Origin: a virus
Lineage: Duplodnaviria; Caudoviricetes
DNA: 64,000 nt
IMG/VR virus record: IMGVR_UViG_3300020577_002484
Coordinates: 1-64,000 of that record
Direction: 5' to 3' (one strand)
Position numbers and translations under genes: made by a program
The notes under the pieces: model-generated
The model's database searches: none
What the model saw: only the letters and a program-made list of their open reading frames with translations
Told to the model about the DNA's origin: nothing
Shown: one piece after another, positions 9,236 through 16,786 of the stretch
Layout: each line of letters starts with the position of its first letter
How positions within the stretch are numbered: the first letter of the stretch is position 1

Positions 9236-9946
9236 TTACTCGTTTGGTACCTGACTCCTCAGTAACGCAGCACAGATCAGGCAATCACCAAGTGCATCGT
9301 GAACTGACCCGTCGATCCCTGCTCGTTCGCAGCATTCCGTAGTGTTGGGAACCCATTTGTCAATACCCGGACGGAAGAACACGGACCCAACGTCCAGCAC
9401 TCGGTGGGCAATTCGTCTGACTACCAACTCTTGGTTCCAGTCCGTGAGTTCAAAGTCCCAAAGGCCACCAACCATGTAATGAGCCTTGAGAAAGGGAAGA
9501 TCGAACATCGAAGCGTTCTTACCGCAGAGACGGACTTTTTCCTCTGGACCGATACACTCGGTAATGAAGTCGTTAATAATCGGTGCAGCATCCTCCAAAG
9601 TTTGAACAAAGTAGTTGTATCCAGACTTGTAGAAGGGTTTATATTGTATTGGGTTCACAAGATCCCAAATCCGACCCTTGCTACACACCAGAGAAGGAAC
9701 AGACCAGTCTTTGGTCAGCTTCTTGAGATCGTTCATGTAGACCAGTTTGTCCCAATTCATCTGGACAGCAGTAAAGTCACCCATGATGAATCTCGGCATG
9801 GACATGATGTTGAGCCTTGGTAGACTCAACAGTGATGATTTTGCAGCGATGTCTTTCTGGCTATCTGCCAGAAGGGCAAACTCAATGACCTTACCATTAC
9901 TCGGGTCCAAGGACGTGGTTTCAATGTCAAGATAAAAGAAGTCCAT
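9236..9946 (-). CDS. DEDDh 3'-5' exonuclease (DnaQ/oligoribonuclease-like)
   Basis: YLDIETTSLD, NASMFDLPFL, HDALGD. Confidence 0.85.
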   Translation of the reverse strand: MDFFYLDIETTSLDPSNGKVIEFALLADSQKDIAAKSSLLSLPRLNIMSMPRFIMGDFTAVQMNWDKLVYMNDLKKLTKDWSVPSLVCSKGRIWDLVNPIQYKPFYKSGYNYFVQTLEDAAPIINDFITECIGPEEKVRLCGKNASMFDLPFLKAHYMVGGLWDFELTDWNQELVVRRIAHRVLDVGSVFFRPGIDKWVPNTTECCERAGIDGSVHDALGDCLICAALLRSQVPNE

Positions 9947-9955
9947 GGTAGTCCC

Positions 9956-11095
9956 TTATACACAAAAGAGTTGTAGTTGAGCACACTGAAGATTGGACTT
10001 GCCCCACATGTCCCAACCTTTCCAAGTACCATCTGAAAGGTACTCGGCATGGGCATTGGGCCACAAGGGAGCATAACCGAATGAAGCCCCATCTCTTATT
10101 GGGTAGACCTCATAGGAACCTGTGGTGCAGGACAGTTGGATATTAAGTTCGGCTCTTGAGGGGAGCTTGAGTTGAGAAGGTAGTGCGAACCTAACCCATT
10201 CATGACCGATTCTAAGTTTGTCTCTGGTTACGGGTTGTGGAATGATACCAGTTGGGGTTGATGTCCTGATGGTACCAGTACCTTGCTTCAGGTACAGTAC
10301 CAAATCTCCCGGAGCAAGCTGACACATCCTAACGTAGATGATTGAGACAGATGTGTCTTTGTCCAAAGTGAAGACTTGACGGACACTATTCGATTTGTCA
10401 ATCGGCCTTGCATTGGTCACCCAAGACTCCATCCCGCTGTAACCCGGTACGGCCACCTTGTCCCCATCAAACATAGAAAAGATCGGAATGGCATCCAGAT
10501 CAGGTTTGAACATTTCCCAAGGTTGATTCTTACCTTGACGGTACAGAACAACCAACTCTTGAGGGTTTGGGGCAACTGTCTTTGGAGGTAGGAGACAAAG
10601 CATTGTGTCCACAGAAACGTGGTTATGCTCGGGATCTTCATCATAGTTGGTAAAGGTGAGCAGATAGGACTCAGCCTTCTGAAGCTTCACAGCTTTGTCA
10701 AAGATGAGCTTGAGCTGCTTATCTTGTTGCAATGGGGATGGTACTCGGACCTGAGTGAGGACCGTCCCATCCAACTTGGTAAGCTCGATGAGCAACTTAC
10801 CACCGGTACCGGCGTGGTAGCCGGGTTTGGTTGTTGACCAAGTATTGAAGTAAATGAATCTGTCTACTCTACAGTCATTGAGACAGGTAAAGTGGTAAGC
10901 GGCTTGGAACTTTTGGTATCCAATCCGTAGATTGGCCAAAGCGTCACCAGCATAATGATTACCAAACATCTTCTGCAACCTCCTAATTTGCTTGTCCGAA
11001 AGATCCACTGAACCATAGATTGAATGGTAAAATCTAAGTTTACCATCTTCATATTTATCCAAAGGTCTTGGCCCACCCTTCTGCTGAGTAGCCAC
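9956..11095 (-). CDS. Hypothetical protein, predicted beta-rich
   Basis: 379-aa ORF in operon. Confidence 0.75.
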   Translation of the reverse strand: MATQQKGGPRPLDKYEDGKLRFYHSIYGSVDLSDKQIRRLQKMFGNHYAGDALANLRIGYQKFQAAYHFTCLNDCRVDRFIYFNTWSTTKPGYHAGTGGKLLIELTKLDGTVLTQVRVPSPLQQDKQLKLIFDKAVKLQKAESYLLTFTNYDEDPEHNHVSVDTMLCLLPPKTVAPNPQELVVLYRQGKNQPWEMFKPDLDAIPIFSMFDGDKVAVPGYSGMESWVTNARPIDKSNSVRQVFTLDKDTSVSIIYVRMCQLAPGDLVLYLKQGTGTIRTSTPTGIIPQPVTRDKLRIGHEWVRFALPSQLKLPSRAELNIQLSCTTGSYEVYPIRDGASFGYAPLWPNAHAEYLSDGTWKGWDMWGKSNLQCAQLQLFCV

Positions 11096-11294
11096 TGATC
11101 AGGAACTCCCTGTCACCAGAGGACAACTCTGGAAAAGCATCTTGGATGAGGCTACCCTCTTCATACCTTCGGAGTCCTTCCAAAGGTACTGTTACCGAGA
11201 CTTCTTCCCCGGTCACGATACATTTCCCGGTGAAGGTCGTGGTTCGGTTATCTTCGTTGGTTGTGCGGGCACAGTTATTGAACGCGTAAAACAT
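11055..11294 (-). CDS. Hypothetical protein (IQDAFPELSSGDREFLISG)
   Basis: Start set at MFYAF, overlapping the upstream stop. Confidence 0.6.
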   Translation of the reverse strand: MFYAFNNCARTTNEDNRTTTFTGKCIVTGEEVSVTVPLEGLRRYEEGSLIQDAFPELSSGDREFLISGYSAEGWAKTFG

Positions 11295-11613
11295 TGTCAT
11301 CTCCAAAGAGTATTTTGTCATGTAACACAGCTTCCTTAGGGTCCAAACCCTCCGGAAAGCATGTGTAGTGCAGGAGTTGGCAGGTCCAGTATGTGTTGGT
11401 GATGGCCAACAAGACCCCTCCAATTGTACTGAACCACTGACCCAACGACGGGTAGTAATAGATGTTCCACCAACCCCAACAGGTGAAGAACGAAACTGAG
11501 ACCCAACTAACTCCGTGAACCATCTTGTCCTTATTCAACTTTAGGATGTTGAGCAGGACGAAGATGGAACCGGATAACTCAAAAGCACCATTGATCAGAT
11601 CGGCAATACTCAT
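11275..11613 (-). CDS. Small multi-TM membrane protein, PQ-loop/SemiSWEET-like
   Basis: Three hydrophobic segments; KDKMVHGVSW linker resembles K.K.V.GVS of PQ-loop proteins. Confidence 0.55.
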   Translation of the reverse strand: MSIADLINGAFELSGSIFVLLNILKLNKDKMVHGVSWVSVSFFTCWGWWNIYYYPSLGQWFSTIGGVLLAITNTYWTCQLLHYTCFPEGLDPKEAVLHDKILFGDDNVLRVQ

Positions 11614-11673
11614 AGTAGTATCCTCAAAACTAACCTGACCATGATGTAAGCTAGGAAGATGGTCAGGAGGTCT

Positions 11674-12327
11674 TCAAAGTGAACCGCACTGATTAACCAT
11701 TGACCCAACCATGAAGTTGAACTCTTTTTCATAAAGTTCGTTGAAGAACCTTTCGAGGGTAACGTCACCATGTGTCAGAAGCTCCCAGTCATACCCAGTG
11801 TACTGGTAAGCTGCGTAATGGAACGCACCTAGTGGAGAGAAGTGGTATGACGCAGGATCAGCCACCCCTGTCGTCGGCTGGAAGTCTCTGTCATAAGCGT
11901 CCCAATGATTGAACTGGTAGATCCGCTCTGATTGGGAGAGTGTGTTGACGATATGGGAAATGGCCTTCATGTCTTGTGCGGACATTTCCCTCGGGTGAGC
12001 AATACAAGGTCTTGGTTTCTCTGTTTCGATCTCCACCACTTTGACGGGGTTAGACTGGACATTGTCGGACTCGAAGTTTCTTGCCCCATCCCCGACGAAC
12101 CGTGGGGTGTTACTCGGGATCTTCTCCCCACGAACGGCGAGGATCTCTTCTGCGTACTTAGCGGCGATCAGGATTGAGAGGAAAGCTTTCTTTTTGCCCC
12201 TGTGATTCTTAATGAAGGTTTTACCTTCTTTGATGGAGAACGATTTAGTCTCTGCGACCCGCTGGAGGCGGATACCAAATTGCTTGTTGATGTACAAATC
12301 ATTGTTGACCTTGGTAAACTGCAACAT
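11674..12327 (-). CDS. Hypothetical protein
   Basis: 217-aa ORF with an upstream GGAG RBS. Confidence 0.7.
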   Translation of the reverse strand: MLQFTKVNNDLYINKQFGIRLQRVAETKSFSIKEGKTFIKNHRGKKKAFLSILIAAKYAEEILAVRGEKIPSNTPRFVGDGARNFESDNVQSNPVKVVEIETEKPRPCIAHPREMSAQDMKAISHIVNTLSQSERIYQFNHWDAYDRDFQPTTGVADPASYHFSPLGAFHYAAYQYTGYDWELLTHGDVTLERFFNELYEKEFNFMVGSMVNQCGSL

Positions 12328-12363
12328 AACTCTTCACTCCTTCAATCTAACGAATGGTAAAAG

Positions 12364-12407
12364 ACAGGGTGGGAGCGTCCACGTTGAAATTTCAACTCCC
12401 ACCCTGT
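12364..12407 (-). terminator. Probable intrinsic terminator after the Cys-rich peptide gene
   Basis: ACAGGGTGGGAG / CTCCCACCCTGT 12-bp stem, then CTTTT on the minus strand. Confidence 0.65.
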
Positions 12408-12441
12408 TGACGTTGCCTAGCCCATCAGGGCATTGGCCAGA

Positions 12442-12588
12442 CTACTTGCAGCAATGGCACTTGACGGTGCACCGACATTTGCTCTTGCAGCAAGACACCT
12501 TGGTCTTGCTCTTGGTCTTCTGGACACACGCAGCGTCAAGAGGGACCGCGAGAAAAGCCAAAGCGATCAGACACATTAGGAATCTCAT
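12442..12588 (-). CDS. 48-aa secreted cationic Cys-rich peptide (MRFLMCLIALAFLAVPLDAACVQKTKSKTKVSCCKSKCRCTVKCHCCK)
   Basis: Hand-translated; AGGA RBS 6 nt upstream; signal-peptide-like N-terminus; terminator downstream. Confidence 0.75.
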   Translation of the reverse strand: MRFLMCLIALAFLAVPLDAACVQKTKSKTKVSCCKSKCRCTVKCHCCK

Positions 12589-12664
12589 GATTCGTCCTTC
12601 TGAAGGAACTATGTAACGGGATCACACCATGTGACGCCGTTTTGTAATTGCCACATTCTGTGGT

Positions 12665-12839
12665 CTTTCTTCCTCTAGGGTGGACCGTGCATCGCCACCC
12701 TTCTTATAAATCTAGATTTGGTTGAGAAAGTGGTCACCCGTAGGTGGATGGCTTTCTGCCCGGACGAAAAGCTAGTGTCCGGGGCTTTGGTAAATTCTCC
12801 TCCGGCAATTGTTCAATGCACGGGGTCCAGAGGAGAAAG
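12665..12839 (-). ncRNA. Structured ncRNA candidate (~175 nt; paired ends and two internal hairpins)
   Basis: Long-range end pairing, cUACGg tetraloop hairpin on the minus strand, no convincing ORF. Confidence 0.55.
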
Positions 12840-12877
12840 TAAAGGAATGTTGTTAGCAATCCGCCCCTTTCTTCATC

Positions 12878-13966
12878 TTACTGGCCGGTTTCGGCGGGGC
12901 TTTGGGCTTGGTCTTGGGCGGGGCTTTGGACTTGCTCTTGCTCATTGGAATCTTCTTTCGTAACAACACCTTCTGGGATGTAAATCTTGCACGGCTCAGA
13001 GGTAGTCTTACCATCCAACCGTTCAAGTGTACGCTCAGCCGTCCTATCGAGAGTTTCCATCCGTTGCTTGTTTTCCTCAAAACCCATGTCATCGAAGACT
13101 AGGCCAGTCTCAATGGCGTTGTGAACCTTGTGGAACCGATCGAATGTAAACTCTTGGAACTCTTTAGACACCTTGGTACGGTGTTCTGCAATACGAAGTT
13201 GAGGATATATACCACCCATGTTCTTACCAACGATCTGGTCGATACAGGTGACAAACTCATCCCCAATCTCAGCACCACAGAGCCAACCATAAGTGGCAAC
13301 CTGCTCAGCCCAACCCTCATTGACGCATTCGAGAGTTGTGGCTGTGTTGATGATCATCCCTTGGTACTCACCCAAAACACAGTTCTTGTGAGCTTTACCG
13401 GGATCATTCTCTCCACTACCGTTTCTCAACCGGACATAGCCGGGGCTTGGGGAAGTGTTACCATTCCCACAGTACCCATTGACCTTCCAATCGAGAATGA
13501 CAATCTTGCCGTGTTTGTTCATGAAGAACACGTCAGGCTTCCCAAGGATGGAAATACCCTTAGTAGCACGAACACGCTCCGCACCCACACGACTCTGAAT
13601 CTCAATCTCAAACCTCGGGTTACCAACTGCTTGATTAAGCTCAAGCATCAAGTCTGCAAGTGCACCAGACCGCTTATAGCACTCGTAGACATACTTCCCT
13701 GCGTCCTTTGCCCAAACCCGATTGTGTTTTTCCACCTGAGACTCGAACAAGGTGGTGAACTCGAAGCGAGGATCAGCACCCTTACCGAACAGGGTCTCAT
13801 GTAGGTAAGCCTTGACGTAAGCGTCAAAGGCTGAACCAACAGACATTGGACGAGTCTGTGGGTCACGAGGGACTTTGAAAGGGGACAAATACTGAATGTA
13901 CCACGCTTCACGATCTTCAAAGAACAACTTGACGTTCGACGGCGAAAGGTAAGCTGGCTTACGCAT
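12878..13966 (-). CDS. PD-(D/E)XK nuclease (RecB/Cas4-like)
   Basis: YLSPS, GSAFD, GKPDVF...ILDWK, QVATY. Confidence 0.8.
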   Translation of the reverse strand: MRKPAYLSPSNVKLFFEDREAWYIQYLSPFKVPRDPQTRPMSVGSAFDAYVKAYLHETLFGKGADPRFEFTTLFESQVEKHNRVWAKDAGKYVYECYKRSGALADLMLELNQAVGNPRFEIEIQSRVGAERVRATKGISILGKPDVFFMNKHGKIVILDWKVNGYCGNGNTSPSPGYVRLRNGSGENDPGKAHKNCVLGEYQGMIINTATTLECVNEGWAEQVATYGWLCGAEIGDEFVTCIDQIVGKNMGGIYPQLRIAEHRTKVSKEFQEFTFDRFHKVHNAIETGLVFDDMGFEENKQRMETLDRTAERTLERLDGKTTSEPCKIYIPEGVVTKEDSNEQEQVQSPAQDQAQSPAETGQ

Positions 13967-14246
13967 TAAGAGCTTTACCAACCATCTTGAGAACGTAGAG
14001 GGAGGAGTAGATCATGAATGGTAGCAGCACCAAGGTCCGAAGGAAGTAGAGTGCATCAACCGGCACTCCAATGTTGACGTACAGGCCAATGATGCAGATG
14101 AGGGAGGACATCATGATCGAGTAGCTGACCAGCGGAGTAAGCTTCTGCCGGTCAACCCTTCTCCTCTCTTCATTTGCCTTACTGAAGGCACTTACAAGTG
14201 CATCAGTGATGGAACCTTTGTCATTGAAGCTCACAGGATCATCCAT
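13959..14246 (-). CDS. Two-TM membrane protein
   Basis: Two hydrophobic helices; start set at MDDPV. Confidence 0.6.
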   Translation of the reverse strand: MDDPVSFNDKGSITDALVSAFSKANEERRRVDRQKLTPLVSYSIMMSSLICIIGLYVNIGVPVDALYFLRTLVLLPFMIYSSLYVLKMVGKALNA

Positions 14247-14288
14247 AATTTGTCTTTCATTTGTTTGTGGTAATGTTACCAAGTACAG

Positions 14289-14362
14289 TAGCAGAGACAG
14301 GGATCGAACCTGCGACCGACGGATTAGAAGTCCGTTGCTCTATCCAACTGAGCTACTCTGCC
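14289..14362 (-). tRNA. tRNA-Arg(UCU), no encoded CCA
   Basis: Cloverleaf GGCAGAG...ACGGA-CTTCTAA-TCCGT...GGTTCGATCC...CTCTGCT-A; A20 present. Confidence 0.95.
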
Positions 14363-14366
14363 AAAC

Positions 14367-14558
14367 TCATCTCTTTTTGTTGTTACCAGACCTAGGATTC
14401 CAACCCTCACTTTGACCTAACTTATTAAGTTCATTTCTGGCTTTATTAACGTCTCTTTTATCCTTTTCTTCTTTTAGGCGACGTTTTAGAGTGTGTACTG
14501 AAATACCTAAGTCCCTAGCTTGCTCCTCTAGCGTTTTCTTTTGCATTGGAACCTTCAA
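14367..14558 (-). CDS. Small HTH-like protein
   Basis: LEEQARDLGISVHTLKRRL. Confidence 0.55.
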   Translation of the reverse strand: MKVPMQKKTLEEQARDLGISVHTLKRRLKEEKDKRDVNKARNELNKLGQSEGWNPRSGNNKKR

Positions 14559-14863
14559 ACGGTATGCGTACCAAGCACACCACGACTATCCCGTTCGTTG
14601 GCTCGTTGTGCCAACGCCATCAGGGCGAGATTGAGATGGCTGATAGCTAGTTTGTTGGCTTCGTTGGCGAACTGAGTAGTCTGGAAGTGTTCCAGCCGCC
14701 CTTTGGCTGCTTCAATGATGTCAGAGACAAAGGCTCCATTTTGAGGAAGTTTGTTAGGCTCCCGGCCCAAAGGACCATTTTGCCAACCAATGGCGAATCC
14801 TGGGCCAAAGGTAGTGCCACCACTAGGTTTCCCATCAATCAGATTGTGATACTGTTCGATCAT
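14555..14863 (-). CDS. tad1: Tad1-like anti-defence signal-sponge protein
   Basis: WQNGP...QNG..SDIIE....RLEHFQ...F...AN..A..HL..AL....QR...R..RGVLGT matches the recalled Tad1 consensus; ATGA coupling at 14860-14863. Confidence 0.75.
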   Translation of the reverse strand: MIEQYHNLIDGKPSGGTTFGPGFAIGWQNGPLGREPNKLPQNGAFVSDIIEAAKGRLEHFQTTQFANEANKLAISHLNLALMALAQRANERDSRGVLGTHTV

Positions 14864-15474
14864 GCTTCGCCTTTCTTTGGTTTGAACTCCCCACACCATC
14901 CGTTTTTATATGTGTGGGGGAACTCAGCGTTCAGTGGGCTGATGTAACCTTTGAATACAACTTGAGGAGGGTATCTCCTACAGTCTCCAGCCCTGCCACC
15001 ATCCCTCATCGTATTAAGGAAGAAGATACAGTCTTTACATTGACCACTCATGGTTTGTGTCCTAGCAGTTGCTAGGATCTGATCCTGATGGTCCTTCCAC
15101 TCTAGGCCCACACTCTCGTGGGCACTGTCCTCTTTGGTATGGTCATAGTGTTTGCACTCATAGGGCTTGACAGTATGGATGGTACAGAGACCATCTTTGA
15201 GGAAGGTGCAGACACCGGTTGGGTCTTCAGGGTACATACCACCCTTAACTGATTTGTCTGAAGCTGGGGCAAGGACATAAATGTTGGGAATGTCTACCCA
15301 ATAGTCCACCGAGAGATGTTTCTGGAAGAACTCCTCCAAGGTCATGTTGAGATAGGCTGCGGCTTTCTCGGCCTCTCCGGGTGCGAACCAACCCGGTCTA
15401 TGGGAACAGGCTGATTTACAATCATCACATTGACACTCAATAGTATCGTCGAGAACAGGAAGGGTCATGGTCAT
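14860..15474 (-). CDS. YkgJ-like Zn/Fe-cluster protein with a second Cys-rich domain
   Basis: CQCDDCKSAC, CTFL...LCTIH..KPYEC; C-terminal CKDC...CRRYPP...WCGEF. Confidence 0.7.
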   Translation of the reverse strand: MTMTLPVLDDTIECQCDDCKSACSHRPGWFAPGEAEKAAAYLNMTLEEFFQKHLSVDYWVDIPNIYVLAPASDKSVKGGMYPEDPTGVCTFLKDGLCTIHTVKPYECKHYDHTKEDSAHESVGLEWKDHQDQILATARTQTMSGQCKDCIFFLNTMRDGGRAGDCRRYPPQVVFKGYISPLNAEFPHTYKNGWCGEFKPKKGEA

Positions 15475-15713
15475 ACCTCCAAATTTTTGTGTATATCCTG
15501 AAGGGACTTAATGAGTAACTTGAGTTGGTCCTTGGTAATGTAGGCTGAGTGCTTGCCATCGGTCACTAAGCAAGCACCTAGGTAAGGTTTGAAGTCGAGC
15601 AAACTTACTCGATCCACCGTTTTCTCTTCTGAGTCTCGGAGGAGGATGTTAATCCTAACATGCTCCTGATCATCCTCAAGTCCAACTTCAATGCCAAGTG
15701 GTTTTATACTCAT
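15471..15713 (-). CDS. Hypothetical protein
   Basis: Coupled ORF with GGAGG RBS. Confidence 0.65.
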   Translation of the reverse strand: MSIKPLGIEVGLEDDQEHVRINILLRDSEEKTVDRVSLLDFKPYLGACLVTDGKHSAYITKDQLKLLIKSLQDIHKNLEV

Positions 15714-15750
15714 TCTGCATCCTCCTCTAAATGTGGTAGTGTCACCATAG

Positions 15751-15824
15751 TGGGAAGGGTGGGACTCGAACCCACAACCAACAAATTATGAGTTTGCTGC
15801 TCTGACCGATTGAGCTACCTTCCC
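15751..15824 (-). tRNA. tRNA with CAU anticodon (elongator Met or lysidine-type Ile2)
   Basis: GGGAAGG...GCAAA-CTCATAA-TTTGT...GTGGG-TTCGAGT-CCCAC-CCTTCCC-A. Confidence 0.92.
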
Positions 15825-15897
15825 AAACCCACAACGACGCTTAAGCTATGATCGTTGTGGGGCCATCTTGACAGAGAATTCTCTGACAAGACGGTAG

Positions 15898-15989
15898 TGG
15901 AGAGGGTGGGAATCGAACCCACAACCCACACAATTAGGTTAATCGGAAGGGAACCTAATCGTGTGTTCTACCGTTTGATTTACCTCTCC
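15898..15989 (-). ncRNA. tRNA-like element with an 18-nt expanded anticodon arm
   Basis: Perfect acceptor stem and T-arm; degenerate D-stem; 14-bp anticodon hairpin with 11-nt loop. Confidence 0.75.
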
Positions 15990-16135
15990 AGAGTGTAGCG
16001 TGGTACGCAACCTAAGCTGCAATAGCTTTTGATAGATACATCACGCTACATCTGACCATCACCAAACTAACTTTTCCCTGTGAGTGTCCTCAAGACCTCA
16101 CACGTAATAGGTGGGAGGTGATGATCCTCGCGAGT

Positions 16136-16786
16136 TTACTCTTTCCGAAACTCATTGAACCTCATCTCGATAGCATAAAGTGTATTACACACAAGAGACG
16201 TTGAAACACCCATTTGGTAGGCTACCTCTTTTTGAGTGTAGCCTTGCTTAAGTAGCTTGATGATCTGTAACTCACGATAGTTTTTGATTGAGCGATCCAA
16301 ATCCTCAAGCAATTCTTCCGTATTACCATTAGATAACCCGATGTCAACCTCGTTAGGGTCAACGTAGGTTATCTTGACTGGACAATGATCCCCTCCCTTG
16401 CTGTTCAATAATAAGCTCCTGTTGCCAAGAATCTTATTATTCATGAACGCTACGAAGTCTTTGCACCTAGTGTGCATCTTCGCAACTGCAAAACCAGTGA
16501 AGTTATCATCGTACATTTCTTTTATCAGGTCGCAAGCCTGACAGACACCAGTTACTGCTTCTGACAGCAGATCATTACCAAACTTTGGGTAGAAGAAGGA
16601 ATACTGTGAGGCCACAACGAAACAAAGTCTCAAGTGTCCTTGGACCAGATCGGACTTTGCGGTACTGTCGCCACTCTTCAATCGGAGCACCAAACTCTTA
16701 ATCTGTTCTTCTGTTAGGTCTTTGATCTTGTCACTTAGAGGGCTTCTTATGCAACCCTTGCGTGACTTGCGTCTGAATAAGTACAT
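16136..16786 (-). CDS. Sigma70-family RNA polymerase sigma factor
   Basis: GDSTAKSDLVQGHLRLCFVVASQY (region 2) and YTQKEVAYQMGVS (region 4 HTH). Confidence 0.8.
   Translation of the reverse strand: MYLFRRKSRKGCIRSPLSDKIKDLTEEQIKSLVLRLKSGDSTAKSDLVQGHLRLCFVVASQYSFFYPKFGNDLLSEAVTGVCQACDLIKEMYDDNFTGFAVAKMHTRCKDFVAFMNNKILGNRSLLLNSKGGDHCPVKITYVDPNEVDIGLSNGNTEELLEDLDRSIKNYRELQIIKLLKQGYTQKEVAYQMGVSTSLVCNTLYAIEMRFNEFRKE

Noticed and set aside
12665-12839. Assignment as tmRNA, SRP RNA, RNase P or hammerhead
   Set aside because: No tRNA-like ends, SRP helix-8 consensus or CUGAUGA core found by eye; left unclassified
12878-13966. Cas4 / CRISPR association
   Set aside because: The Fe-S cysteine pattern is not evident and there is no array; treated as a generic PD-(D/E)XK nuclease
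15898-15989. Group I or archaeal-type tRNA intron
   Set aside because: The insert is only 18 nt, does not end in G, and shows no bulge-helix-bulge
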